A stretch of 55,470 bases of DNA from Prorocentrum cordatum (GCA_963575745.1 CAUYUJ010000156.1:62001-117470), one strand, 5' to 3'. Shown: positions 1 to 12,589, counted from the stretch's first letter. Notes: generated by a model from the sequence alone, not told the origin. Numbers and translations are program-made.

Positions 1-739
1 TTACATGTGTTTAATCATCACGTCTTCGCATTGTATTCTCACTCCGCGCCCTCGACACTCAGGAGCCGCGCTCTCGCTTGGGCCTATGTCACAATTTACT
101 TGGGAATCGCTCTATCGCTCGAGACTTCCTCGCGATTCATGCAGGACGCACCCTACAGCAACCCGCCTGCTCGACCTGGCCGCCTGGGCCCGCCTTCCCG
201 ACCCGCCTGTAAGGGTCTACCCGCCCGATCTCCCCGTCTGGTCCTGCAATGTGTTTTCTGCTCCGAGCCCCCCTCCTGCTACTCTCTCTCTCTCTCTTGT
301 GCTCCATCCTCCTCCCTCCCCCTTGTCCCTTTCTTCCATCCGTCCTCTCCTCCCCTTTTTCAGCCAAAAGCAACCCTCGCGGCCATGCCTTGCTGTTATA
401 TCCTCTGGTGTGTTGTCTTCTAGCTGTCCATTCGTCTCCGCTCCTCAGCAGTTGGATGCTGTCAGCTAGCCGTGAGCCGGCCCGGAGGATAACATTAAAA
501 CTATGTAGTTGTGCGTTTGGCTCGAGCAAAGCTTGCCGGTCCAGCCGGGCAAGATAGTGGGAGAGCAGGGGGGGAGGGGCAAATGAGTGCCAAGGCACGC
601 GGGTACAGCATCGGACGAAGTCCTGACGTGGGCGGGGGCGGGGCGAACCAAAACCCCCCAGGGGCCCGAGGGGGCCCGAAGAGGAAGGGAAGTGGGGATG
701 GGGGCGGGCGCAGAACAGAGAAACGCCGCCCAGGAGGCG

Positions 740-3250
740 TCAACTTGCCGACCTGGCTTGTCCACGCGGCGCCCAGTTCAGGTACACGTGACGGCCAGGG
801 GCGTCTGGCGGCACGTTGTTTGCCATTCTGTCCATTAGCATGTTGCATCCCGAATCCGCATCCACGTTGAGGTCACGGTACACATGGTCTATGCTCACTT
901 CGAACACGGATGGGAGACGGCGTAGCCTTTCAAGCATCGGCATCGCCAAAGCTTGCTCTTAGGCTGGTCGCAATGCAATTGATGCACACTTCCTTTCGTA
1001 TCTCAGCTGCCGGGCCACCAAGAGCAAAATCTAACAAGAAACGAAACGAATTCTCGGGACAGGGTTCTCGATGGCGTGGTTAACAGAAGGTAGCACCCCT
1101 GCATATTCTGTCTCGTTGTTCATTGCGTCCCGGAGAAACATGCCACAACAAGCGGCTACGCGTCTCTCACCAGCGTGAAAGAAGACGCTGCCACAGGATG
1201 ATTGGCGTTGCCCTGTTGCACCTTGTTAACAAGCAGCCCCGATTAAGGCATAGATCGTCCACCTGGGAGCAAAGTCGGGCGCGATGCTTGCTCTAAATCC
1301 GCGCCTTTCCGAACGCGTGCGCTCATGGGGGCTGCCCGCAAGCAACGGGTCGTCACTGAGACGCTGCACGTGGGGAATCACATCATCATATGTCAGTGCG
1401 GCCCTGCAACAGTAATCGACGTAGCCGCGCTACGGCGCTGGTGGCCGCCGACACCTGCGGGAGGCCTGAACCTCTGCCAGTGACCTCCTGCAGCCACAAC
1501 TGCGGGATTGTCAACCTGGCGTGATCTGGAAACGAGTCCTGCTAGCAAAGGACGCACGACAGTGCACGAGTCGCGGTGAGCGACTGAGTCATTGCCAGGT
1601 GACTGGCAAAAAGGGCATGGCGACACATCCCTGCCAGACATGGGGGCCATCCGATGCGTTGTCATTTCTCCATGCAGTACCCTGCGCATGAAAGCGATGC
1701 GGTGCTCGCCCGGGACACTGGACGGCATGCCGGGCAGAGCAGGCTGCACCGGCTGCCACTGCAGCCCCGCGGGGGGCAAGCCGAGCTTCCACCGTGTGTC
1801 TCGCCACTGGAAGTGCAGCTGCATGCATCTTCTGGCATAACAAACGGTAAATGCTGAAGCTGGGGGCGCTCCCTCGCGCTCGATTCCGGGCTTCGGCCAT
1901 GACCTCCGTCACCGTGCAACTCGTACTAGCATGCAGCGCACGATGCGCCATAGCAGAAGAAGTTAAGGGCCTCAGCTCGCTCGCGTTCCCAACAGTGCGC
2001 GCCCAGGATACAAACTGAGACATATCCAAGCATCCCGCCCTCTCCATTCTCAACGCAGCAGAGCGAAGATGTGCAACGTTAGCCAAGTAAGGGTCGACTG
2101 CTTCGACCAACGTTTTAGACAGCCCTTGGGCGTGGCAGAACAATGGAAGGGGGCACCACCGCACCCTGTCAAAGAACGAAAGGGCCATTCCCTGGATGTG
2201 TTGCATGCTCCTTGCGCCCAACATTGCGTAATTACTTACGTAGGAAAGGGGTGACCACTCGAACACATACCAAGCAAGCAGCCGGGTGGCAAGGCTGGTG
2301 CGAACACTCTTCAGGGCAGCTAGGCGCGCCCGTAGCTTATTGAGCGGTTCTCGCATCTCATCTTGCAATGTGGCGTCGGGGCCAGACCAAAAACCTAGGG
2401 ATTTATGTTGGTTGACGATTTGAGCACCTGGCCACATGTGAGCAAGCTGGTCAGTCTCAGCCTGGGTCAGGCGTATGTTGCGCATCCAGGCGGTCTTTTG
2501 TGCGTTGATGCGCTGGCCTGATGCGTCCTCAAACTCATAAACAAATGAAACTACCACGGAGGGACCTGTGCTCGCATCAAAGTCTAGCTTCCAATCGTCA
2601 CAGAACCCCCAGACTTCGGAAACACCCGGGAGGCGAGTCGCACCAAGCAGAAATGGGTCAACCGTGATGATGTAAAGAAGCGCACTCATTGGATGACCCT
2701 GGTTGAACCTGGAGAGCCTGTATTTCAGCAAACACGTCACCTTCGAAACTCAAGCATGCGCAATGCTTATGCGTCAACTGTTGAATGCCATGGAGCAAGC
2801 TTTCGGGTAGTCGCGCTCGGGGTAAAACTGCCGTGGTCCATTCCCACGACGTTAAGTTAAAACCCTTGCTGCAATCCCAGAACCGCAAGAAACACAAAGT
2901 GGTTTTATCCCGCTGAGTCCTCGAGATGGCTTCCGAGATGCTAATGACATTGCGCTCGATGTGTCCCCCGCTCAGAAATGCATGTTGCGATCAAGTATAC
3001 GAAAAAACATGCGTCCAATAATCTCAGCATCTTCCTTGCGCAGCTCAAGATCGCGGACCTGGCGGGGCGTGTCGGCGCCTTCGCTCTTCGGCAGTGCAAA
3101 CCAAACAAACTCTGTGAGGTGGTCGGGTGCGATGCTGTTTCCGGCAGTGAGTTTATGAGAAGCCTCAGCGAATATTGAAGCTAGCGCGCCGGCGTGAAGT
3201 TTATACAATCGCTTTCTCGCACCAGATGTGCTTGGATATTTGCTGTTGAA
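740..3250 (-). mobile_element. 5'-truncated, decayed non-LTR retrotransposon (L1/Tx1-like ORF2 remnant): RT - CCHC zinc knuckle - RNase H
   Basis: Domains appear in order over several frameshifted minus-strand ORFs. RT motif 1: 'FALPKSEG..RDLEL..EDAEII' (2972-3409). Motif 3: 'FWDCSKGFNLTSWEW' (2658-2897). Motifs 4-7: 'FNQGHPMSALLY..DPF', 'GFCDD', 'SGQRINAQKT', 'KSLGF' (1589-2740). CCHC: 'CPFCQSPGNDSVAHRDSC' (1393-1824). RNase H follows. No endonuclease or ORF1 upstream. Confidence 0.88.
820..1265 (-). pseudogene. Decayed RNase HI domain (archaeal/Rv2228c/RVT_3-like) at the LINE C-terminus
   Basis: Manual single-frame translation through 3 stops: WTIYALIGAAC*...GSVFF...GMFLRDAMNNETEYAGVL...*ILLLVARQLRYERKC..LRPA*EQA...VSIDHVYRDLNVDADSGCN. 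This matches the RNase HI pattern (DG) / TNNxAEY / DSxLVxxQ / HVxRxxNxxAD. The first and third catalytic Asp positions are degraded. Confidence 0.8.
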
Positions 3251-3429
3251 TATGCTGAGCAGAAATCCACGACTCCCCTGCCGTCTGGACTGCATGAAAT
3301 ACATGTTGCAGGAAAGACAGATATACCCCCAAAGGGGTATGATCGAAAACGAAGAGGGCGGGTATCGAGGGTTTGGTATATACGTGTTGAATGGCAAGCG
3401 AACTGGCAACAGCGAACCTATTTCAATGT

Positions 3430-3650
3430 ATTAATGTTGATGAAGTTGTAGTTGTTGTTGATGTTGTTGTTGGTTGTGTGTTCTTGTTTGTTGTAGTTGG
3501 CGTGGTTGTTGCTGCTGCTGTTTATGATGTGGTTGTTGTTGTGGTTGTTGTTGGTGTGGTTGCTGTTGCTGCTGTTGTTGCTGCTCTTGTTGTTGCTACT
3601 GTTGTTGGTGTGGCAGTTGTTGTCGTGTTCACTGTTGTTCTTGTTATTGG
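3430..3650. repeat. Degenerate (GTT)n microsatellite
   Basis: Direct reading; explains the poly-V and poly-L ORFs. Confidence 0.9.
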
Positions 3651-4088
3651 TTCCTCATGTTGTGAGCTGCCGTTGTGTTTTCTATCGCTCTTTCGCCGAT
3701 CACAGGAACGCCGAAGACAGCGGAACAGACCTCCTGCAGCGATCTTGCAGTCAAGACGCTGAGATGAGAACCTTTTTGGGCTCAGGACGGTCTCGGGTTT
3801 GCGGGCCGCTCCCTCGACCTATGTTCTGGAACCTGCTGGTGGCCCAGGCCCGCGGTGACCAGAAAAGAGCCCCTTCGTTCCATATCGAGCGTTGCTTACA
3901 GCAGCACGACGACTATAAGCATCAGCTGGGGACCAGGAGAGGCGGGCCGGCGGGCGCTGGTGGTCCGAGTTCGGGCGGGGCCACGCACGGCCCGCTGGCA
4001 GCTCTGCAGCGGGGGCGCTTGCCGGCAGCGGTCGCCTGGCGGCTTCGGCCTCGGCGTGCTGGCTGGCAGCGGTACGAGAAGAGGGGGA

Positions 4089-4163
4089 GGGGAACAGGCA
4101 ACGGCGTGAACACATCGCCTTGCCCAGGGCAAGGCGACGTGTTCACGTCATTGCCCTGTCCCC
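4089..4163. repeat. 75-bp near-perfect palindrome (mini foldback element)
   Basis: GGGGAACAGGCAACGGCGTGAACACATCGCCTTGCCC-A-GGGCAAGGCGACGTGTTCACGTCATTGCCCTGTCCCC; the arms pair with few mismatches around a 1-nt centre at 4126. Confidence 0.85.
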
Positions 4164-4771
4164 GCCATGAGCATGATATGGCACCCATACCTGCAGCGCC
4201 TTTCTCGCCTGGCCCTTCCTGTTCCTCCTCCTCGTCCTACTTCTCCTCCTCCTCCTCCTCCTCCTCCTCCTCCTCCTCCTCCTCCTCCTCCTCCCCATAT
4301 CAGGAACAAGCATGTCATGAACATCAAACATCTCGGAGGTTCGCGCGGATTCCCCGGATCGGCGCTGGTCCCCCTTCCTTGTCGTGCGCGGCGCACCAGG
4401 GGCGGCGCTGGAGGCGCCGCCAGGGGGCCTCAGCGCCGATCCGAGGAATTCCGCGCGGACCTCCGAGTTGTTCTCCTTATGTCATTGTTTGTTCCCCTAG
4501 AGGAGGGCGAGGAGGAGGAGGAGGAAGAGGAGGAGGATTGTTTGTTTCCCACATGTTTCGTGGGGTTCTGGTTTTCTTCCCTGCCCTCGCGCACCCGCGT
4601 CTCCTCCTCCTCACCCTCCTCCCCTCCTCCCTCCCCCTCTTCCTCTCCTCACCCGCGCTCAACACATGCACGGCAAGTACGTGAGACACACGTCTACATA
4701 CAGCCGCACGCATGCACACACTCGCACACAACACACACACACACACACCATACAACGCTAGTGCGCGTCGG

Positions 4772-7090
4772 ATACGTGGCAGGCGCAGCAGTTTCTCGAC
4801 ACCACAGGGGGTGTGCAGGGGGTGGTCTCTCAGTGCGGTCTCTATCCGTCGCACGCTCGCAAAGCACGGCAGGCGTAGCAGCTCCTCGGCACCAGGGGGG
4901 TGCGCAGGGGGTGCGGTCTCTATCCGTCGCACGCTCGCAAAGCGCGGCAGGCGTGGCATTTCCTCGACACCAGGGGGGTGCGCACGGGGTGCGGTCTCTA
5001 TCCGTCGCACGCCCGCAAAGCGCGGCAGGCGTGGCATTTCCTCGACACCAGGGGGGTGCGCAGGGGGCGGTCTCTATCCGTCGCACGCTCGCAAAAGCGC
5101 GGCAGGCGTGGCATTTCCTCGACACAAAGGGGGTGCGGCAGGGGGTGCGGTCTCCTATCCGTCGCACGCCCGCAAAGCGCGGCAGGCGTGGCATTTCCTC
5201 GACACCAGAGGGGGTGCGCAGTTGGTGCGGTCTCTATCCGTCGCACGCTCCGCAAAGCGCGGCAGGCGTGGCATTTCCTCGACACCAGGGGGGTGCGCAG
5301 GGGGTGCGGTCTCTATCCGTCGCACGCTCGCAAAGCGCGGCAGGCGTGGCATTTCCTTGACACCAGAGGGGGTGCGCAGGGGGTGCGGTCTCTATCCGTC
5401 GCACGCCCGCAAAGCGCGGCAGGCGTGACATTTCCTCGACACCAGGGGGGTGCGCAGGGGTGCGGTCTCCATCCGTCGCACGCTCGCAAAGCGCGGCAGG
5501 CGTGGCATTTCCTCGACACCAGGGGGGTGCGCAGGGGGTGCGGTCTCTATCCGTCGCACGCTCGCAAAGCGCGGCAGGCGTGGCATTTCCTCGACACCAG
5601 GGGGGTGCGCAGGGGGTGCGGTGTCCATCCGTCGCACGCTCGCAAAGCGCGGCAGGCGTGGCAGTTCCTCGATACAAAGGGGGTGCGCACGGGGTGCGGT
5701 CTCTATCCGTCGCACGCCCGCAAAGCGCGGCAAGCGTGGCATTTCCTCGACACCAGGGGGGTGCGCAGGGGGTGCGGTCTCTATCCGTCGCACGCTCGCA
5801 AAGCGCGGCAGGCGTGGCATTTCCTCGACACCGGGGGGGGTGCGCAGGGGGTGCGGTCTCTATCGGGCGCACGCTCGCAAAGCGCGGCAAGCGTGGCATT
5901 TCTGCGGCACCAGGAGGGTGCGCAGGGGATGCGGTCTCCATCCGTCGCACGCTCGCAATGCGCGGCAGGCGTGGTAGTTCATCGACACGAGAGGGGGGGC
6001 GCAATTGGTGCGGTCTGTATCCGTCGCACGCTCGCAAAGCGCGGCAGGCGTGGCATTTCCTCCACACCAGGGGCGGACGCAGGGGGTGCGGTCTCTATCC
6101 GTCGCACGCTCGCAAAGCGCGGCAGGCGTGGTAGTGTACCGACACGAGAGGGGGTGCGCTGGGGGTGCGGTCTCTATCCGTCGCACGTTTGCAAATCGCG
6201 GCAAGCGTGGCATTTCCGGGGGCCAGAACCAAGGGAGGGGCGAGGGGTGGTTTTGGGGGGGAGGTCTTATCCGTTCGCACGCCCGCAAGCGCGGCCAGGC
6301 GTGACATTTTCCTCTGACACCAGGACGGGTGCGCACAGGGGTTGCGGTCTCTAGCCGTCGCACGCTCGCATAAGCGCCGGCAGGCGTGGCATTTATCACG
6401 GGTCCGTTCAAGGGGGTGCGCAGTTGGTGCGGTCTGTATCCGGCGCGCGCTCGCAAAACGCGGCAGGCGTGGCATTTCCTCGACACCAGGAGGGTGCGCA
6501 GGGGATGCGGTCTCCATCCGTCGCACGCTCGCAAAGCGCGGCAGGCGTGGTAGTTCATCGAAACGAGAGGGGGTGCGCAGTTGGTGCGGTCTCTATCCGT
6601 CGCACGCTCGCAAAGCGCGGCAGGCGTGGCATTTCCTCCACGCCAGGGGGGGCGCAGTGGGTGCGGTCTCTGTCCGTCGCACGCTCGCAAAGCGCGGCAG
6701 GCGTGGTAGTTCATCGACACGAGAGGGGGTGCGCAGTTGGTGCGGTCTGTATCCGTCGCACGCTCGCACAGCGCGGCAGGCGTGGCATTTCCTCCACACC
6801 AGGGGGGGTGCGCAGGGGGTGCGGTCTCTATCCGTCGCACGGTCGCAAAGCGCGGCAGGCGTAGCATTTCCTCCACACCAGGGGGGGTGCGCAGGGGGTG
6901 CGGTCTCTATCCGTCGCACGCTCGCAAAGCGCGGCAAGCGTAGCATTTCCTCGACACCAGGGGGGGTGCGCAGGGGGTGCGGTCTCTATCCGTCGCACGC
7001 TCGCAAAGCGCGGCAGGAGTAGCATTTCCTCGACACTAGGGGGGGGGTGCGCAGGGGTCGCACGCTCGCAAAGCGCGGCAGGCGTAGCAG
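4772..7090. repeat. Tandem satellite, 78-bp unit, about 30 copies
   Basis: Unit GCGGTCTCTATCCGTCGCACGCTCGCAAAGCGCGGCAGGCGTGGCATTTCCTCGACACCAGGGGGGTGCGCAGGGGGT; starts at 4913 and 4991 give period 78. No unique spacers. Confidence 0.97.
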
Positions 7091-7101
7091 TTCCGCGGCA
7101 G

Positions 7102-8184
7102 GCGGCAGACTTCAAGTATGTGGGGTTCCTCGGTAGCGTATTGGGTGGACTGAGTTCGGACCGAGGACAGCAGGCGCGGCAGGACGGCATTACTGATTAT
7201 TTGCATGTCCGTTAGCCTGCCGCTGCGTTTTTTTAGCTTTTCCTCTTTACTGTTTTTTATCCTTTTTTTTGATCTCTTTTCTTCGGTCCCTTTTCTCACG
7301 AAGCTTCGTGCCGAGGGGGGCAGAGGAAGCGAGGATTTGAGGACGAGACGGGAGGAGGAGGAGAGGAGGAGGGAGGAGGAGGAGGAGGAGGAGGAGGAGA
7401 GAGGAGGAGGAGAAGAGGAGGAGGAGGAGGAGGAGGAGGGTGTAGGAGGAGGAGGAGGAGGAGGAGGGGGCAGAGGAGGAAGAGGATTAGGGAAGTGACA
7501 GGGGGCAGAGGAGTAGCTTGTTCGCGCGCACGGTCCCTTCATTTCATGATTGGATCTTGGGACTTTGATCGTGCGCCAGGAAGAGAGGGACCTCGAGGGG
7601 AGGAGGAGGAGGAGGAGGAGGAGGAGGAGGAGGAGGAGGAGGATGAGGAGGAGGAGGACAAGAAGGAGGAGGAGGAGGAGGAGGAGGAGGAGGAGGAGGA
7701 GGAGGAGGAGGAGGAGGAGGAGGAGCGGGAGGAGGAGCGGGGCGGAGGAGGTGGCGCAGGATGCAGGAGGAACGGTGCGGGGGAGAGGAGTCTGGAGGCT
7801 CCAGGAGGTTACCCCAGATTCCAGGAGGTTTGCGGCGGTTCTGGCAGGTTTTCGGAGGTTGTCGCGTAGATTTACAACTGTTTTCGGAGGGTTTCGAAGT
7901 TCCAGGTTCCAGGATGCTTTCGGAGGTTGTCTGAGGCCTCGGGAGGTCTTCGCCAAACTTTGGAAGTCTTCTCAGATGTCTAGCTGTTTCTGGATTTTTC
8001 TAGCGTTCGGGTCGTTTTTTCCCCGAACGTTCTGTAAGACTTTCGGGGATGCCGGGGAGTATTCGCAAGCTTTCAAACGTTGCTTCGAGCTCGGGAGGTT
8101 CTGCGTTTTCCAACGTCAGCGCTCTGTTGTCGACAGCTCCGGGAGGTTTTCGATTTCTCCCTGGAGGTGTTCAGAGGACAATGA
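7102..8184 (+). CDS. Putative last three micro-exons of an unidentified host gene (7102-7173, 7760-7807, 8146-8184)
   Basis: Three unique islands, each preceded by AG|G, with donors AG|GC and AG|GT. They join in phase 0 to AADFKYVGFLGSVLGGLSSDRGQQ-DAGGTVRGRGVWRLQE-VFDFSLEVFRGQ*. Inference only; no homolog recognised. Confidence 0.3.
7340..7750. repeat. (GGA)n microsatellite tracts (same class at about 4240-4295, 14990-15490, 18600-18900, 25490-25598, 36900-37110, 40390-42220, 44545-44893, 52250-52370)
   Basis: Direct reading; source of the poly-E/R/G/P/S/L ORFs. Confidence 0.95.
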
Positions 8185-8838
8185 GGGCGAGAACGAGGGC
8201 CCGTGTTCTTTTTCATGAGCTGACATCTCGGGTTATTTGAAACGCCATGTTGCAAACCATATATTTGTTATGCTTTCGGGGCACTCGATGTTGAGATCCC
8301 TGCGAAACCTCAGGTGCTTGAAGGATTGCGGCATACGCGCGCGACGACGCGCGCGTATGCATTTCGTCATTTCTTTGCTGCAGGGATTCGTTGAACATGG
8401 CTGATTTTTTGACGAACGAGTGTGCGCGCATATGTGTTTTTTTTCTGCTGAGGATGAGGGGGGGGTCGATACTGGCTTGGTTGGGATCGTATAAGATCAT
8501 GTTTAGAATGAACGATCGGGAATAATCACATGTAACTTGTTCATCCCCACTCGGGGCTGATAATCCCAGATTCTGGGGGGCGGTCGATTTTAATTGAGAT
8601 TCTTGGAATGGCTAAGTTCTGTTCTGCAATTTGTGTTGTGCGTTATGTGTTGTGCAGCGTATGTGATGCCACCTGTGTGTTTGCAACATTGTAGTGCAAT
8701 CCATGAATTCCAACATCTATGATGCACCATACGTGGTGCAATCTATGGGGTGCAACATCTCTTGTGCAATTTAGGTGGTGCAACCAATGTGGTGCAATCT
8801 ATGTGGTGCAAGTCACTTGCCGAACTTGAAGTTGTCAG

Positions 8839-10633
8839 CTCCACTGCTCGCGCAATCATCCCACCCACCCACCCGCAACTTGGTTTGCAAAACCCATGCG
8901 GGAACGATTGCGATGAGTGTTGGGTGTTGGCTGGTGCATCTCTGCGGCCGTGCTGGCCCGCGCTTGCTCGCGCGCGCAGCGTCCACCTAATTTGGCGCGA
9001 CCGACGCGAACGCGGTGGCGCTGACCGCTCGGCACATCCCAGCGGGCACTCCAGTGCGAGTCGGCGGGTTGGGTGGGCGCGGTACCATGGCAACGTCGAC
9101 AACGGTAGACGCGATGATGATAGTAGCGATGTTGGCGGCGATGCTGAAATCGACGACGGGGCAGCCAGTGACGGCGCCGACGTCGACGACGACGAAGACG
9201 ACGACGCCGCCGACGACGACGAAGACGACGACGACGACAGCGACAACGACGACGACGACGAGGGGGAGGGAGGACGACGACGGCGACAACGACGACAACG
9301 ACGACAACGACGAGGGAGGAGGGAGGACGGCGACGACGCGAACGACGAAGAAGGAGGAAGGACGGCGACGCCGACGACGACAACGACGAGGGAGGAGGGA
9401 AGACGACGACGACGACAACGACGACGACGACGACGCGACGAAATAGGAGGGACGACGACGAGACGCCGACGACGGACGACGACGACGACGAGGGAGGAGG
9501 AGGAAGGACGACCACGGCGACAACGACGACGGAAACGATCACGACGCCAAAGAGGACGACGACGACGAACACGAGGAAAGACAGAGGACGACGCAGGCGA
9601 CGACGACGACGACGCGGGAGGAGGGAGGACGGCGACGACGACGACGACGCAAGAGCGCGCGCGCATGCGTTTGTTGAAAATCCGTGTTGGGAAACCTTGT
9701 GTTTTTGTAGGTTTCCTGGGCACACGATTTTGAAATCCTTCCGAAACCGATGGGTTTTGAAGGATGTCGGCATACGCGCGCGACGACGCGCGCGTCTGCA
9801 CTTCGTCCCGTTCTTTGCAAAAGGATTCTCGACTGATTTCGACATGCGCGCGCGAAGCCCGTTTGGTAGCATTTTGTGCAACAAACCTATGGTTTCCTCA
9901 AGATTTCGCAAGAGCTCGCGCGTAAGCTTTTTTAGCAAATCAGTGTTGCGAAACCTGGCGTTTTTGTATGTTTTTTGGAAGCTCGATTGCGAAATCCTTC
10001 CGGCACCGAAGATTTTTGAAGGATTTCGGCATGCGCGCGCGACGGCGCGCGCGTGTGCATTTCGTCCCGTTTTTGGCAAGGGATTCGTGAACAAGTCTCA
10101 TATTCGAACAAAAGATGTCCCCGCGTATCGTTTTTTAGAAGGGAACCTCAGGGGGTCGATCGAGACCGGCCCCCCTTGGACAGTGAAAATTTATATTTAG
10201 GATGGACATGTGGTCTGAATCATATACGATTGACATACCCGAAAGGGAGGCCGATAACGCCGGGGGGGTAGAGTCTGTTCTTATTTTAGAAAGGAAAATT
10301 GACTACCCTGCACCGCGCTTGAACACCTCCACTGCTCGTGCAAACATCCCACCCTCCCACCCGCAACTTGGTTGCAAGACCTCTTAAGACCGTGACGGTG
10401 GGTACCAAATTGCACTTGGCAACGACACCGACGCCGACGACGACAGCGACAACGACGACGACGACGCCGCCGACAACGACTACGACGACACCGACGGCGT
10501 CTCCAACGACTTCGACGACGACGACACCGACGACGACGACGACACCGACGACGCCGACGACGCCGACGACGACGACGATGGCAACTACGACGACGACGCG
10601 AACGACGACGACGATGCCCACGACGACCACGAT

Positions 10634-10664
<31 letters not shown>

Positions 10665-11620
10665 TCGCCAACGAAGACGAGGACGACGACGAGGGAGGAG
10701 GGAGGACGACGACGGCGGCAACGACGACAACGACGAGGGAGGAGGGAGAACGGCGACGACGCGAACGACAAAGAAGGAGGGAGGACGGTCGACGCCGACG
10801 ACGACAACGACGAGGGAGGAGGGAAGACGACGACGACGACTCCGACGACGACGGCGACGAAATAGGAGGGACAACGACGAAACGCCCACGGAGACGACGA
10901 TGGAGGAAGGACGACCACGGCGACAACGACGACGGAAACGAGGACGACGCGAAGACGATGACGACGGCGACGATGAGGAAAGACGGAGAACGACGACGGC
11001 GACGACGACGACGACGAGGGAGGAGGGAGGACGGCGACGACGACGACGACGCAAGAGCGCGCGCGCACGCTTTTGTTGAACATCCGTGTTGCGAAACCTT
11101 GTGTTTTTGTAGTTTTGTTGGAGACTCGATTTTGAAATCCGACACCGAAGGTTTTTGAAGGATTTCGGCATGCGCGCGCGACGACACGCGCGTGCGCACT
11201 TCGTTGTGTTTTTTGCTGAGGATTCTCGCGGCGGCACGCGCGCAAGGGCGTTCGAAAGATTTCGACATGCGCGCGCGAAGCCCGTTTGCTAATATTTGCT
11301 TGAACATGTTGAAAAACTTATGGTTTTCTTCGGATTTCGCCAGGGCGCGCGCGTAAGTTTTTTAGCAAGTCAGTGTTGCGAAACCCTTCGTCCCATGTTT
11401 TGCAAGGCATTCTTGAACACTTATGATTTTTGATAAACGAGTGCGCGCGCATAGTATTTTTTGCAGTGGATGGCGGGGGGGCGAACCCGGCCTTGCTGGG
11501 ATAGTATGTACTCGTATCTAGAATGGGCGATGGGGCAGAACCACATGTAAATTGCAATGGGAAGCGGCGTCCCGTCAACTCCGGGGGGGGGTAGAGTCTA
11601 TTTTTTTGTAGAAAAAGGAG
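8839..11620. repeat. Diverged tandem duplication of a ~1.3-1.5 kb composite unit containing (GAC)n tracts
   Basis: CTCCACTGCTCG..CATCCCACC..CCCGCAACTTGGTT at 8839 and 10327. Both units share a GACGAC block, a 'CAAGAGCGCGCGCGCA..GTTGAA..GAAACCTTGTGTTTTTGTAG' block and the end 'GGGGGGGTAGAGTCT' (about 10262 and 11584). A third partial copy of the tail lies at about 8225-8590. Confidence 0.85.
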
Positions 11621-12410
11621 AATCTATGTTTTGCATTGTATGTGGGCGGGGACGAGGTGGCGACGGCGACGGCGGCAACCTAGCCGCCAGACCGACAGAC
11701 GGGCCCAGACGACGGGCGGCGACGAGGCGGCGACGGGGCGGCGATGGCGGCAACATAGCCGCCAGACCGACAGACGGGCCCAGACAACAGGCGGCGACGA
11801 GCTGGCGACGGGACGGCGATGGTGGCAATATAGCCGCCAGACCGAAGACACGGCTCAGAGGACGGGCGGAAACGGGGCGGCGACGACGGCCACATTGCCG
11901 CCAGACCGAAGACACAGCCAAGTTCCTAGAACAGACGCAAGAACCCCTTAGTGCAATAACTGTTTGGGGAATGAGCGCATCTGTTCATATTGCACAACAG
12001 ATTGCACAACATGTATTGCACCACATCGATTGCACCACGTATTGCACTACATCGATACATATTGCACAACATGTGTTACACAACCTATTGCAGATCACAG
12101 GTTGCACGATCTACATTTGGTAGCGCATAGATGGCACAACACACCGCGCAACACTTATTGTACCTCACACATGTCACAGCATCGACTGCACAGCGCACTG
12201 GTTGGGGTCCACGCTGGCCAACGTGTCTATATTTGCCCCCCTCTGCGAAGCATTCAAGGCTTTTTGTTTGATTTCGAGGAGGGTTCTGGGAGGGGGGAAG
12301 GCCTCTTGGAAGCACCCCTTCTCCTTGGAAGGCGCGGGCCATCCCTGTAGATACAGGGCCGGCGTCTTCTAAGCAACCTCCTTCCAAGAAGCCTTCCCCC
12401 CTCCCCCTTA

Positions 12411-12589
12411 CACCAGATTTCGTAATAAAAGGGAGGGGGTCTGGACCCTCCAAGACAAGCCATTTCAGACCTCCCCCGTGGGAGAACCCTCCAAAACATC
12501 GTCCCCAGACCCCCCCAGGCCCTCCAAGATAACCTGGAAGAGACCCCCCCCGAAATGAGACCCCCCTCCCTTTATTACGAAATCTGGAG
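12411..12589. mobile_element. 179-bp MITE, TA-flanked (Tc1/mariner/Stowaway-like), copy 1
   Basis: TIR CACCAGATTTCGTAATAAAAGGGAGGGGGTCT ... AGACCCCCCTCCCTTTATTACGAAATCTGGAG; TA at 12409-10 and 12590-91. Confidence 0.85.

Noticed and set aside
1..470. ORFs at the window start
   Set aside because: No recognisable motif; may be the tail of a neighbouring element but cannot be supported.
505..526. SL relic-like GTAGTTGTGCGTTTGGCTCGAG (similar weak words at about 3770-3786 and 13863-13872)
   Set aside because: Short partial matches with no downstream intronless ORF; expected by chance.
4772..7090. CRISPR array or repeat-protein gene (ORFs up to 484 aa)
   Set aside because: Head-to-tail units with no unique spacers and no cas genes. 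ORFs are open on both strands because the unit length is a multiple of 3 and stop-poor; G-run indels break frames.
8743..11307. Long ORFs rich in T/D/R/V/S (mucin-like)
   Set aside because: Translations of (GAC)n microsatellite within a duplicated non-coding repeat.
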